A program made the position numbers and the translations under genes. A stretch of DNA of 64,000 bases from contig CAVSHO010000001.1 of NCBI GenBank assembly GCA_963727825.1, forward strand, positions 1-64,000. The letters run 5' to 3'. The stretch is from Ignavibacteriota bacterium. Lineage in GTDB: Bacteria > Bacteroidota > Ignavibacteria > UBA10030. Position 1 is the first letter of the stretch. Each line of letters begins with the position of its first letter. Below the pieces are notes generated by a model that was given only the letters and a program-made list of their open reading frames with translations, had not been told where the DNA came from and did no database searches. This document shows, piece by piece, positions 46,030-57,020 of the stretch.

Positions 46030-48582
46030 TTAATTTATGATTGTACTTTTTTCTCGTTTGACCAGAAACCGGCGAAGCAGGAACAATATAAGTCCACTCC
46101 AAACTATAAGGTTAGTAATAAGGCTTATGGTCTTTCCAAGTGCGAAAGATGCGGGCTCAAATTTCATAAAAAGCGTATGTGTGCCTTGTGGAATTATCAC
46201 GCCACGGAACATATAATCTACTTTTCGTATTTCCGTCTCTTTTCCATCGACATACGCTTTCCATCCTTTGGGATAGTATGCATCGCTGAGAAATAGCAGG
46301 TTGTTTCCTGTAGCCGTAGCTCGTATTTCTAAATCCTGTGTTCCATATCGAACAAGGGTTGCTTCTGCCCCTTTTTGCGGAGGATCGATAGCGACGGAGA
46401 GTTGATCCGGTACATAGGCAATATCACGGGGATCGAATGACATCGCTGCCATTTGCTTTAATGTCGTGATGCCATCCGCAACTTCACATCGACGAATAAA
46501 AAATGCATGGGGAAGCCAATAACGGAAAGCATAGACATTCATATCGTTACCCCGATAAACAGGAATCAACATATTACTTGAGTCCGGTCTATTAGTGAAA
46601 ATGTATTTTACATTCATCAATTGCCAGACCAATGGATTGCCTAATCCGGCAACATCAACCAAATCCTGATAAGTACGCATCTTTGCGCCATGATATCCAT
46701 ACGCGCTGTACAAGCCCCAATAGGCAAGAGAATTTTCATAAATAGGCTGACCATTCACAAGTTTTAAGACACGATACTGCGTTGTATCCTGTTGAAGTAT
46801 TTTTACATATTCAGGTGTTGCAAAATATTGATTAGTTTCTTGTTTACTGACCGGTTCTGAGGTTTTTCCATCAATTCGCCAAAGGTCAGCAATAACTAAT
46901 ATTAAAATTATTCCATACAAAGAAGATTCTTTTAGCTTTCCTTTTTGATAATACCAGATTGCTCCAAACAAAATGAACATATAAATGAAGAAAACGAGAA
47001 TGTCCGTATGTACTTCTGAGAATACAAAATCAAACAACATACTGATGACTGTTGAATCTTTGCTGATCTTATGAGCCCAAACATTTCCGACTTCTTGTAA
47101 AGGAAAGAAGTAAGAATATAAATCTTTTATTACATCTTTGAAAATTAGAGTAAAAAATATCCCTGCTGCAAGGCCGACTAAAGTATATTTCCAGAATTTA
47201 TCTTTTTTAGGGTCAATTCCTTTTTTGTTCACTGGAAGGAGGGAAACAATTCCAAAACCAGCAAGAATTGGCGTAAAGAATTGTACTAACATCAAAATAA
47301 TTACTGGAACACGGAATTTATTGAACATCGGGAAATAACGATACATCAAATCATATACGAACGGAAAATTTTTCCCAAATGAAATGAACAAAGCAAGAAG
47401 AATCATAATTGTCATGTATTGCACAAAAGGTTCTTTCCTGAGCTTATAGAACCCGATCAAAGCTAAAACGATGACAACAACTCCCATATATTGAGGGCCA
47501 TCAATTAGTGGCATCGAACCCCAATACAAATCGAGACGTGTACTTTGGTTTTGTGTAAGAGGGCCTTGGTATTGAAGCGGTCCAAATCCATACCAGGAAG
47601 GGAAAAAGAATGTCATCACCTCTCCGGGGCTGAACGACCATTGAGTTGCGTAGTCGTAATCAAGTCCGCCAGTAACTGTTTTGTCTTGAGTATCTATCGT
47701 AGTGTTTTGGATTGGATTTGCACCACGGGTTGAATACGCATTATATTCCAAAGTGGACAAATGTAAATCTGCTCCCATAAGAAATGCGAGGCCGGTCGCC
47801 AAAACAAGCGTTGCGCAACTGATAACAACCCCATGCCATGCTTCTTTCTTAATTAGTGCCCTTATGAAGAAAAAGAGGAAATAAATTCCCAATGAGAGAT
47901 ACACATAAAAAATAAATTGCACATGTCCAGGCTCAATTAAAAGTCGGATGATAATCGGAAGAATGATAGCAAGCAACAATTCAAATTTATGGCGTAACCG
48001 ATCAACAATAAGAAAGACAAACGGAAACAATGCTAGTACACCGAGCTTCGTTACATGCCACATCATAATAAGCAATGTAACATATGTTGCGTACACAGCC
48101 ATATGAGCAACAATCAATGCAACCATCTTATTTTTTAAAAGATGATATACGAAAAGGTAAACGCCTGTTCCGAAAACGAAATAATAAATAAGCCAAGATC
48201 CGGCAGATCTTTCGTCAAAAAATAAATATGATACTGTCGGCCTAACTCCAAGTTCCCACATAGTTATTGATAAGTCATATATGCGAGATATTGGATATGT
48301 CATGCTTGCAAAGCCAGGCATTCCGCCGAAAATATAAGGATTCCACAGAGGGATAATATCTTTGGCATCAGAATTATTTCGAAAAGTGTCCCAGCTATGT
48401 GCAGCAATTGAATCGACAGATTGATATGTTTTGTCGTCAAACACAATAGCGTGAAAGAACACGAGTAAACTCAGATAAAAAAATGCTATGGCAGCAAGGT
48501 GCTGATACTTTGGCGGGATAATAGGATGTTCTGTGCGCGCGTTTTTTGGAGCGCGGACTTGTTCTTTTACATTCTTTGCCAT
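46030..48582 (-). CDS. YfhO-family GT-C membrane glycosyltransferase
   Basis: PLWNPYIFGGMP, H.Q..FY, GLDYDYATQWS, YHGAKM, SDAYYPKGWKAYVDG. Confidence 0.88.
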   Translation of the reverse strand: MAKNVKEQVRAPKNARTEHPIIPPKYQHLAAIAFFYLSLLVFFHAIVFDDKTYQSVDSIAAHSWDTFRNNSDAKDIIPLWNPYIFGGMPGFASMTYPISRIYDLSITMWELGVRPTVSYLFFDERSAGSWLIYYFVFGTGVYLFVYHLLKNKMVALIVAHMAVYATYVTLLIMMWHVTKLGVLALFPFVFLIVDRLRHKFELLLAIILPIIIRLLIEPGHVQFIFYVYLSLGIYFLFFFIRALIKKEAWHGVVISCATLVLATGLAFLMGADLHLSTLEYNAYSTRGANPIQNTTIDTQDKTVTGGLDYDYATQWSFSPGEVMTFFFPSWYGFGPLQYQGPLTQNQSTRLDLYWGSMPLIDGPQYMGVVVIVLALIGFYKLRKEPFVQYMTIMILLALFISFGKNFPFVYDLMYRYFPMFNKFRVPVIILMLVQFFTPILAGFGIVSLLPVNKKGIDPKKDKFWKYTLVGLAAGIFFTLIFKDVIKDLYSYFFPLQEVGNVWAHKISKDSTVISMLFDFVFSEVHTDILVFFIYMFILFGAIWYYQKGKLKESSLYGIILILVIADLWRIDGKTSEPVSKQETNQYFATPEYVKILQQDTTQYRVLKLVNGQPIYENSLAYWGLYSAYGYHGAKMRTYQDLVDVAGLGNPLVWQLMNVKYIFTNRPDSSNMLIPVYRGNDMNVYAFRYWLPHAFFIRRCEVADGITTLKQMAAMSFDPRDIAYVPDQLSVAIDPPQKGAEATLVRYGTQDLEIRATATGNNLLFLSDAYYPKGWKAYVDGKETEIRKVDYMFRGVIIPQGTHTLFMKFEPASFALGKTISLITNLIVWSGLILFLLRRFLVKREKSTIIN

Positions 48583-48710
48583 AAATATTTTTGATTCCTA
48601 ACGAATATTGAGAATAATATAACCGATAATCAGCGTTTTTTGATTTAGTGTAAAAGATATAATAAAGAGAAAAGGAATGACATTCAATAAATTCGTCGTG
48701 CTATACAATG

Positions 48711-49520
48711 TCACATTTTCTTCGCCAGCACATTCAAACCAGTGCCTGCTTGATTCTCGGCATTATAATCCAGCCACATTATCGGCAGAATGAAAGGTAA
48801 AGTGATTAAGTAGTAGAATGGAAGCACGATAAATAAAATCTTAGAAATATTTAGCATTTGCATCGGATACTTTATACCAAGTTTCCAATACCGATTACCC
48901 CATGTGCCATAAGTATATCGAATTAATTCAACCTTAAATTCTACCGATTCCAACTTTTTCTGAATCTCCTCAACACCATATCCATTGCGGGCATGCTCGC
49001 CGATGAAACTTTCCTCTTTATCAGAATGTACGTCCGATCCACCGAGGTTTGACGGCGTGTTAATGAGCAGTGTTCCACCATGCTTTAGTGCGCAGAAAAA
49101 ATTGCGGAAAACGACTATATCATCAGGAATATGCTCCATTACATCGACAGAAAGGATGAAATCGAATTTATCCGAATGCTGGATCTGTGTCAGATCCTCA
49201 ACGGCAAACGAACATTGAGTTAGTCCAACGGAGTGAAAGAAATTATTACAATCGGTAACTTGCTCTTCTTTCAAGTCAATACCATAAATTGTTGCGAGCG
49301 GAAAATGTTTAGCAATGTAATATGAATATTGTCCGAAGCCACAACCGGCGTCATAAACTGTGAACGGTTTATTGCGGTTGCCAAGCTGATGGCGGAGTTC
49401 ACGTTTTACGTGCCATTCACGGAGAAACATAAGGCCGAGCAATTTATAGAATAGGATTCTCAGCCGAGTATTTTTGCGAATGACATTACCAAAGACTTTT
49501 TTAATGGGATCGTAGTGCAT
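48711..49520 (-). CDS. Class I SAM methyltransferase
   Basis: DAGCGFG, SVDVMEHI, EHARNGY. Confidence 0.9.
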   Translation of the reverse strand: MHYDPIKKVFGNVIRKNTRLRILFYKLLGLMFLREWHVKRELRHQLGNRNKPFTVYDAGCGFGQYSYYIAKHFPLATIYGIDLKEEQVTDCNNFFHSVGLTQCSFAVEDLTQIQHSDKFDFILSVDVMEHIPDDIVVFRNFFCALKHGGTLLINTPSNLGGSDVHSDKEESFIGEHARNGYGVEEIQKKLESVEFKVELIRYTYGTWGNRYWKLGIKYPMQMLNISKILFIVLPFYYLITLPFILPIMWLDYNAENQAGTGLNVLAKKM

Positions 49521-49596
49521 TCAAGTCAAAATTAAAAAGTAAAAATGAAAAAGTATATATGATTAAAATGGAACCATTGTAGAATAAACTAAATAC

Positions 49597-50715
49597 TTAA
49601 GGTAAGTTGACCTTAATAAGTGAAAAAATCTGCTCTGGCGTGATGGAGTTCATGCAATTCGGATTGAAATCGCAACGCGGTTTGTAGCAAACAAGACAGT
49701 CTAAATTCGCCTGCACTTTAACAATCTGGCCATTGTATGAATCAATCTCTGCCGCTGAAGTAGGACCAAAGAGAGCTATGACCTTTTTCTTCAACGCCGT
49801 TGCTACGTGGAGTGCAAGTGTATCACCAGTAAGGAATACATCGCTTAATGTTACCAGAGCAAAAAACTGTCGTAGCGAATTGTCTGCACCTGTATTCACA
49901 ACTCGAGTCGGATGAAATTTGGAGAAATACTCATTACGCTCTTTTTCTAACGGACCACCGTAAAGAAGAATCGTTGCATTTGTTTGTTCAAGAATCATTT
50001 TGATTAGTTTCTCGAATCCTTCTATCGTCCATTGTTTAAACTGCCATCTGCCGCTGGCGCCGGTGTTCATACCGATCTTCAATGTTTGGAGATCTAAACC
50101 AGATCGCTCCGCAAAGGAATTCGCAAATTTTAATTCCTCTTCAGAAAGCTCGATGACGATATCTTTCTTCGTTGTTTTCAAGCGGCAAATCTCAAGCATT
50201 AAGTCTTGGAATGATCGTGTATTTTTCTTCTTTAAGTCATCGAAAGCGCCCATTTCTAACCACGTGACCGATTCGGTGTTGAATGGAAATACATTTCCTT
50301 TCGCATCAAAACCGTACCCAATTTTCTCTTTCCCCTTTGCCGTCGACGCCAGCACCGCGCTATCTGATGCGGAATCAAGATTGATAATTATATCAAATTC
50401 CTCAACTATAACGTGCAGAATGGTTTCTGTCGAATCATAAGCAAAAACGCGATCTACCAATTTATTGTTTTCGAAAAGCGGCACTGAACTTCTACATGTA
50501 ATCCATGTGATTTCACTCTTCGGATATTTTTCTTTCAATCCATGAAGTATGCACGTTGTCCGCAGCACATCGCCGACAGCTTCTAATTTGACGATCAGAA
50601 TACGTGTCTGTTCGGTTTCGTAGTAAGGACAAGCATCGCACTTCACGCCTTCGCGTTTATTGAATGAACATGGACGGTCGCCTGGGAAATATTTACAGTC
50701 AGTTTTGAGAATCAT
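49597..50715 (-). CDS. Glycosyltransferase family 9 (heptosyltransferase-like)
   Basis: KLEAVGDVLRTT, TGDTLALH, LFGPT, C..C...C...CM. Confidence 0.9.
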   Translation of the reverse strand: MILKTDCKYFPGDRPCSFNKREGVKCDACPYYETEQTRILIVKLEAVGDVLRTTCILHGLKEKYPKSEITWITCRSSVPLFENNKLVDRVFAYDSTETILHVIVEEFDIIINLDSASDSAVLASTAKGKEKIGYGFDAKGNVFPFNTESVTWLEMGAFDDLKKKNTRSFQDLMLEICRLKTTKKDIVIELSEEELKFANSFAERSGLDLQTLKIGMNTGASGRWQFKQWTIEGFEKLIKMILEQTNATILLYGGPLEKERNEYFSKFHPTRVVNTGADNSLRQFFALVTLSDVFLTGDTLALHVATALKKKVIALFGPTSAAEIDSYNGQIVKVQANLDCLVCYKPRCDFNPNCMNSITPEQIFSLIKVNLP

Positions 50716-50720
50716 AAAAG

Positions 50721-51881
50721 TTAGCGTTTAGTGTCTCGTTCGTTTTTTAGATCGGTTTCTATTTCTTCAAACACAATTCGGATTTTGTTGAAACTGTTTT
50801 CTTGTCGCTTCACTTCTATATTGTTAGAAAAGTCTTGTTCACGATTTTCTTTGAAATATCGAACTATAGACTCGGCAAGTTTCGGAATATCATGTGGCGG
50901 CACGATGAAACCGGTTTTGCCATCATCTACTAATTCTGCCAGACCGCCGACATCCGTTACCACGACAGGTTTCGCAAAGCCGTATGCAATACTGAGAATA
51001 CCGCTTTGAGTTGCTTCGTTATACGGAAGAACCACAACATTTGCCGCTGTAAAATAGAGATGCACTGCTTCATTTGCAACAAACTTATTAATGATGGTGA
51101 TATCGTTACCAAGACCGAGTCGCCTGATCGTGTCGAGATATGGTTGTGGATTGTCATAGAATTCACCAACCACCAGAAGATATGCATTGCTTATTTGTTT
51201 GTGAATCAACGGTAACGCCTCTATTATATTCATCAATCCTTTGTATTGCCGAATGTAGCCAAAAAAAAGAAGCACATTCTTACCTTCTAATCTAAGTTGT
51301 TGTTGAGCTTGTAATTGTGTCAGCTGGTCAGGCGTTTGATAGCAGTCATAGATCGGCAGTGAAGAACGAAAGATTATTTTTTGCGGATATAATTTCTTGA
51401 TTTCCTCTTCCACAACTTTTGACAGAACAAGAAATCTGTCCGCAGTCTGCAATGCGGTCTTTGTAAGGAATACATCTATCCATCTGCCTTCGTGTGATAT
51501 GACATTCTCGGCTATGATAACAACAGGTTTTTTTGTCCGTTGCTTGAATGTTGATGCGATTGTTCTAACGATGAAGCCGAAAAATGGATTCCACCAAGTG
51601 AAGACAAGCAAGTCGGGATTAATCGAAGCGGCGAGATGCGCAGCTTTCCACCATGTGAATGGATTTAAACAATCAATAATTTGTATGGAAGGATGTTTTT
51701 TTATTGCGACGCTACTGATGTCGGTCTGACGAATTCCGGGGAATAAAAATCTTGGATATAAACGGGAATAAGAAATTACCTGCACGTCGTTTGTCGCTGC
51801 TAATGATTCGTAAAGGTGTGCGACAAAGAGCGCATTACCCCCTCGGATTGGATATGCCGGACCGATGAGGACGATTTTCAT
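50721..51881 (-). CDS. Glycosyltransferase family 4
   Basis: GPAYPIRGG, FFGYIRQYKG, ATQSG, TDVGGLAE. Confidence 0.92.
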   Translation of the reverse strand: MKIVLIGPAYPIRGGNALFVAHLYESLAATNDVQVISYSRLYPRFLFPGIRQTDISSVAIKKHPSIQIIDCLNPFTWWKAAHLAASINPDLLVFTWWNPFFGFIVRTIASTFKQRTKKPVVIIAENVISHEGRWIDVFLTKTALQTADRFLVLSKVVEEEIKKLYPQKIIFRSSLPIYDCYQTPDQLTQLQAQQQLRLEGKNVLLFFGYIRQYKGLMNIIEALPLIHKQISNAYLLVVGEFYDNPQPYLDTIRRLGLGNDITIINKFVANEAVHLYFTAANVVVLPYNEATQSGILSIAYGFAKPVVVTDVGGLAELVDDGKTGFIVPPHDIPKLAESIVRYFKENREQDFSNNIEVKRQENSFNKIRIVFEEIETDLKNERDTKR

Positions 51882-53581
51882 CGGTGCGGTTCTTTCTGTA
51901 ATTTGTTTATGTCTGTTATTGCATTGTAGTTGAGGCGAAAGACATAACTTGGATACGGCGAACCTTCCTGATGCAACATTTCAAACATTTGTGGGTATTT
52001 TTCTGCGACAGGCTGAATGTACCGACGTAACGTGGATGTCCACTGGAAGTTGTCGTAAAGAAGATGCGTCATGTTGAGTGATTTCCACTTTGCAATAATT
52101 GAATCTGGATTTGTCTGATCAATTTTATAAGTGCCATAGACATTGTAATTTCCGGCGTAGAGCAGAAACAGCTCCGGCTTCCTGCAAATGATCCCAGTAG
52201 ATTGAATCGGTAACTGTGATTTGATCCAGACAGATGCACGCAAGTAATTTGTCCAGTCCTCGGTGAATCCGGCGAACTCGTTGCCGCCAAGATTAGCTTT
52301 AAGAATCGGAAGGTTCTCATCAATTGATTGTTTCGCTCCAACTATGTTTGCAAGCATCAATCCAACGATTGCAATAACTATAAGTGTCTTGGCGCGAGTC
52401 GAGACCACTTCTGCATTCGTTACTTTTACCCAGCGATTACCGAGAGTGCGGAATCCTTCAAACGTTCCAATAATAAGATAGGGTATTATTGGAATAAGCA
52501 TCCGGGGCGTGGCAAAAATATTTTGCAGGGCAATCGAAATAAAAGCTATATACGTAACAGTAAAAAGACCGAGAAATGCCGTTATCGATTTAGGTTTTCT
52601 CATAATTGGCGCGATACATCCCGTTAACAAAATCGCGGAAATGAGTACGCCAAAAAATGCTGGCGTGCTTGGTATAAACTGACCATCGGCAACACCTAAT
52701 TCTTGAGGCATCGGCACTCCGAGTGCTGAAGGAATCTGATAGTTCGCATGATTTATAAAATTATTTATGAAACGATCGATAAAACCACTTATAGTTTCCA
52801 TTCCCTCAGTTGTGTTATAGGGATTTTTCAACATGAGAATAGATGCCTGCTCGAATGCAGCAGAGCCCGATGTCCACTCATATATTTTCATAGGACTGTA
52901 GAGTACAGCACACGTAACAATAAATATAGCAAGTTGTTTCCAACGCTGTTGTAATAATAAAAAGAGCGCTGTGACACTTATAATCACAATACCTGTTGCA
53001 CGCACGTAAAATGCTACCATGACTAATATGGCTGCAATAATTATAGATCTTTTTGATTCTATCTCAATTGCACGATAAATAAAATAAATTGTCCAAACCA
53101 GAATGAATGTGAAAAGAAGTTCACTATATGTTTGGTGCGAATATTGTTGAACAATAGGGTTTATAGCGATTAACAGTAATAATGAAAACAGCGTGATCGG
53201 TTGAAGGCGATTACGAAACACAAAGAAAAGAGAAACAATCGTTCCGAGAAAACACATCAATGATGTCGCTTTCAATAGAATCAATTTCATACCAAATATC
53301 CAGATGAATAATGATAATACCAATGGATAACCGGGTGCTTTAAATCCAACAGGCATTTTGCCATTCGAAACAAAATCCATCGCTTGTAGTATATATGTAG
53401 TGTCGTCGCCTCCAGTACTTGGTTTAATATCAAACATCAACACACCGACTATAAATCCTATAGCAAGCACGCTAAGAATACATGCTTTTGTCCTTTTCAA
53501 TAACCAATGATTTACACTATCATAAATCGTTGATCTATTAATATCTTTTTGTTTTATTTTTGTACGGTTTGACTTTTCCAT
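51878..53581 (-). CDS. GT-C / ArnT-PMT-like multi-TM glycosyltransferase
   Basis: GGDD..YI, PGYP, YSE after TM; about 11 TM. Confidence 0.7.
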   Translation of the reverse strand: MEKSNRTKIKQKDINRSTIYDSVNHWLLKRTKACILSVLAIGFIVGVLMFDIKPSTGGDDTTYILQAMDFVSNGKMPVGFKAPGYPLVLSLFIWIFGMKLILLKATSLMCFLGTIVSLFFVFRNRLQPITLFSLLLLIAINPIVQQYSHQTYSELLFTFILVWTIYFIYRAIEIESKRSIIIAAILVMVAFYVRATGIVIISVTALFLLLQQRWKQLAIFIVTCAVLYSPMKIYEWTSGSAAFEQASILMLKNPYNTTEGMETISGFIDRFINNFINHANYQIPSALGVPMPQELGVADGQFIPSTPAFFGVLISAILLTGCIAPIMRKPKSITAFLGLFTVTYIAFISIALQNIFATPRMLIPIIPYLIIGTFEGFRTLGNRWVKVTNAEVVSTRAKTLIVIAIVGLMLANIVGAKQSIDENLPILKANLGGNEFAGFTEDWTNYLRASVWIKSQLPIQSTGIICRKPELFLLYAGNYNVYGTYKIDQTNPDSIIAKWKSLNMTHLLYDNFQWTSTLRRYIQPVAEKYPQMFEMLHQEGSPYPSYVFRLNYNAITDINKLQKEPHR

Positions 53582-53596
53582 AGACTCAAATGATTC

Positions 53597-55024
53597 TTAA
53601 ATAAATTTCAATCTGCGTGCGGCTACAAAAACCATGCGCAATAATAATAAACCGTGCTGCCAACGATGAATATTTGTCTCACCATAAATTCGTTCTGCGT
53701 AACGTATAGGCAATTCGATAATTTTCAAATTCTGCTTTGACGCGCCGAAAATAAGATCAAAATCGCCAAATGGATCAAATTCGCCTAAGTATGAACGATT
53801 TTTCACAAGTTTTTCATAGTCTGATTTAAAGAGCACTTTAGTTCCGCAGAGTGTATCTTTGAATTTTTGATCGAGCAAATATGTAAACATCATACTAAAG
53901 AATTTATTTCCCAGCAGATTGAGAAAGCGCATCGCCTGCTTTTCCATTGGATAGACAAGCCGACTGCCGTTCACAAACTCTCCGTGGTTTTCAGCAAGTG
54001 CGTTATAAAATTTTGGCAGGTCTTCCGGCGCGACCGTCAGGTCTGCGTCTAAGATCATTAGAATATCACCGGTAGCGTTCGCAAAACCTTCACGCACGGC
54101 ATTCGCTTTGCCAGTACCGCTTTGGACACAGAAGCTTATAGCACGTTTTTTCTTATAAGTTTTTACGACGCGTTTGATCTCATCGAGTGTTCCGTCATTT
54201 GAGCCGCCTTCAACAAAAATGATTTCTGTTTTATTGCCCATTTTGGGGATGCGTTGCACAGCTGTTTCAATGTTATCGCGTTCGTTTCGTGCTGGAATAA
54301 TAATGGAGACGGAAAAACGTTCAGGATGCATATCTTGGACCCGAGGCCTTGCTACGATGAAGCGGACGACGCAGAATTTTCGCAGCAAAGGAAACTGTGA
54401 AAGATATTTGTTGAAGAGCCAAGAGAGAATCGGAATGTTCTTGGGCAGTAATAGACGATAGCCACTTCGGATGATTTCAAAATTTGCAAGATCAAGCAGA
54501 TTATGCAAATCATGTGCGTTGACCCAGTTTTGATGGGGCTGTGGAGTTTTTAATCTAAATTTTTCCGCCAGAAACAGAATCGGTTCCCATATAAAATTGT
54601 AGTATGTAATGATGAGACGCGAACGCGGCGTCATCACTCTGTGCGTTTTTTCTAATGCCTGTTGAATGTCATACAAATGGCCGACAAGATCTGACATTAC
54701 TACATAATCAAACTTTTGTTTAAGCGATAACTGTTCAGCACTCATTGGATAAAATGAGAGGTTGTGATATTTATTTTGGGCTATGGAAACCATATTTGAA
54801 CTAATGTCGACACCGACACCTATGAAAGGTTGTACGGCATTAAGTAAATCACCAGTGGCACAGCCGAGCTCAAGAACAGAAGAATGTTGTGGAATAAGAA
54901 ATCGTAGCAACTTTTCTATATTATCATGATAATAACGATTACGCGCTTGCCATTTATCCCAATAATTTGCAATTGAATCAAAATATTCTGTTAATCGGTT
55001 ATGTAAATAAGAAGTTTTATTCAT
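53597..55024 (-). CDS. Fused SAM methyltransferase / GT2 glycosyltransferase
   Basis: LELGCATG; IIPARNE, LDADL, DTLCGTK, DPFGDFDL. Confidence 0.9.
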   Translation of the reverse strand: MNKTSYLHNRLTEYFDSIANYWDKWQARNRYYHDNIEKLLRFLIPQHSSVLELGCATGDLLNAVQPFIGVGVDISSNMVSIAQNKYHNLSFYPMSAEQLSLKQKFDYVVMSDLVGHLYDIQQALEKTHRVMTPRSRLIITYYNFIWEPILFLAEKFRLKTPQPHQNWVNAHDLHNLLDLANFEIIRSGYRLLLPKNIPILSWLFNKYLSQFPLLRKFCVVRFIVARPRVQDMHPERFSVSIIIPARNERDNIETAVQRIPKMGNKTEIIFVEGGSNDGTLDEIKRVVKTYKKKRAISFCVQSGTGKANAVREGFANATGDILMILDADLTVAPEDLPKFYNALAENHGEFVNGSRLVYPMEKQAMRFLNLLGNKFFSMMFTYLLDQKFKDTLCGTKVLFKSDYEKLVKNRSYLGEFDPFGDFDLIFGASKQNLKIIELPIRYAERIYGETNIHRWQHGLLLLRMVFVAARRLKFI

Positions 55025-55115
55025 CTCTTGAGGAATTATTATACAAGCGTAAAATAGAAATTGTACTATATAATAGCATTATATCTTTATTTGTGCCAAT
55101 GATGACAAATTGTTT

Positions 55116-55859
55116 TTATTTTTCTGATTTACGTGCAGACAATATAATGGAACCAGCAATTTCACGAATCAGCGGTGTGATTTCCAAGATGTGTGATAAC
55201 TTTTGCGCCAAAGGAATGAATGTTGGTGGTATTGCGGGATGTAAAAAGTCGTAGGGTTCAACGAGTACTTCTGAAAAACCAATCTGCTTCAGCAATTTAG
55301 CCATAGGCCAACGGAAGAAGGCGGTCTCGTCCGGCGAATCTCCCATTTTACGTTTGATGTACGGTATGTTTTTCTGCAGAGCTATTTGCGGATTCATCAT
55401 ATTTGGTTCAGCAAAAGTGATATGGCCGCCTCGTCTAAGAACACGAAATGCCTCTTTAAGTGCTTTTTCAACATTTACGTGATGTAGAATAGAACTTCCA
55501 ACAACCGCATCAAATGATTCTTCTTCAAATTTGAGAGATTCAATATCGCCGATCTGGAAGGAAATATTTGGATGCGAATCTCTTTGTGCTTCAGTAATAA
55601 GATCGGGCGAGAGATCAACTGCAGTAACCTTTGCCCCGCTCGATGCAAACCGCCTGGAAAACATGCCGGTTCCACAACCAAACTCCAGCAATATTGTTCC
55701 CGATTGAATTCCGGCTCGTTCAATTAACAGCTCTGTTCGCCTACGAGCACGTTCTATTCCTGCAGGAGTTCCCCATCCCCAAATCTCTATAGCGTTAGGA
55801 ACAAGGAATTTTCCATGAGCACGTTCATTCTCTTTTCGTAAATCAATTTGTGTATTCAT
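55116..55859 (-). CDS. Class I SAM methyltransferase
   Basis: LEFGCGTG, AVDLS, SILHH. Confidence 0.9.
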   Translation of the reverse strand: MNTQIDLRKENERAHGKFLVPNAIEIWGWGTPAGIERARRRTELLIERAGIQSGTILLEFGCGTGMFSRRFASSGAKVTAVDLSPDLITEAQRDSHPNISFQIGDIESLKFEEESFDAVVGSSILHHVNVEKALKEAFRVLRRGGHITFAEPNMMNPQIALQKNIPYIKRKMGDSPDETAFFRWPMAKLLKQIGFSEVLVEPYDFLHPAIPPTFIPLAQKLSHILEITPLIREIAGSIILSARKSEK

Positions 55860-55952
55860 TTAGTATATTAAAGTTAGAACAATATCTAACTAAGTACAAT
55901 AAATTGCATCGTTTAGTTATTTTTGATTGAAATAAACGTACAGCACAGAACC

Positions 55953-56936
55953 CTACTTCAAACTTTCGTGGATGGAGTACGTTTCTTCGTTTCGATCATT
56001 CCGTGAAATCATCTCGCCTAATAAACCTAGAGAAATGAATTGGACGCCGATGATAATAAAGAGAAATCCAACGAGGAAGAGTGGACGATTGCTGATGGCT
56101 GTTAAGCCCAAGAACCATTCAATCGAGAGATATCCATCAATTGCAGCACCAATTACGAATGAAATAATTCCCCAGACACCAAAGAGATGCAGGGGGCGAC
56201 GGATATATTTTGCTGTGAAGAGAATCGTCAGTAAATCAAGAAAGCCGCGATAAAATTTTCCAACCGTATATTTTGAATGGCCGTACTTTCGTGGATGATG
56301 CTGAACAATTTTTTCACTTACTCGAAATCCAGCCTGATGCGATAAAATTGGAATATAGCGATACAAATCGCCGTAAAGTTTCAATTCCTTAGCTACAATT
56401 TTACGATATACTTTCAGTCCACAATTCAAATCATGGATGCGCAGCCCCGTCATTTTGCTTGTAATGGTGTTGGCGATCTGTGATGGCAATGTGAAGATGA
56501 TGGAATCGTGTCTTTTCTTTTTCCAGCCCGACACTAAGTCGTATGAATCTCCAAGAGCTTCGATTAACGATGGAATTTCGTTCGGGTCGTCTTGCAAGTC
56601 GGCATCCATTGTGATAATGAATTCGCCTTGCGCTTCTTTGAATCCTGCGGAAAGCGCTGCAGATTTTCCATAGTTCCGCCGAAAACGAATGACTTTAATA
56701 ATTTTTGGATATTCAGCATGCAATGCAGTTAAAATTTCAAACGATTTATCGGTGCTACCGTCATCCACAAAGATGGTTTCATAAGACATCTTAGTCCGTT
56801 GCATCGTCTCATTGATGAGCGAGAACAATTCGTGCAGAGATTCTTCTTCATTAAGGAGAGGAATAACGATAGAAATACACGGAATATGGGTTAGGCCAGA
56901 TTGTTTTGTGTTTAGCTTTGCCATCGGTAAGATCAC
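55953..56936 (-). CDS. Polyprenol-phosphate glycosyltransferase (GT2, ArnC/GtrB-like)
   Basis: IPLLNEEESL, DDGSTD, RRNYGKS, DADLQDDP, DLNCGLK, two C-terminal TM. Confidence 0.9.
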   Translation of the reverse strand: MILPMAKLNTKQSGLTHIPCISIVIPLLNEEESLHELFSLINETMQRTKMSYETIFVDDGSTDKSFEILTALHAEYPKIIKVIRFRRNYGKSAALSAGFKEAQGEFIITMDADLQDDPNEIPSLIEALGDSYDLVSGWKKKRHDSIIFTLPSQIANTITSKMTGLRIHDLNCGLKVYRKIVAKELKLYGDLYRYIPILSHQAGFRVSEKIVQHHPRKYGHSKYTVGKFYRGFLDLLTILFTAKYIRRPLHLFGVWGIISFVIGAAIDGYLSIEWFLGLTAISNRPLFLVGFLFIIIGVQFISLGLLGEMISRNDRNEETYSIHESLK

Positions 56937-57020
56937 CGGTGTTCGTTTTTAATTTTCGAAATTAAAGTAACGTAAAAACGAGCAATATGCAAGGTGGAGA
57001 AAGGGGAAGCATAGGGAGAA

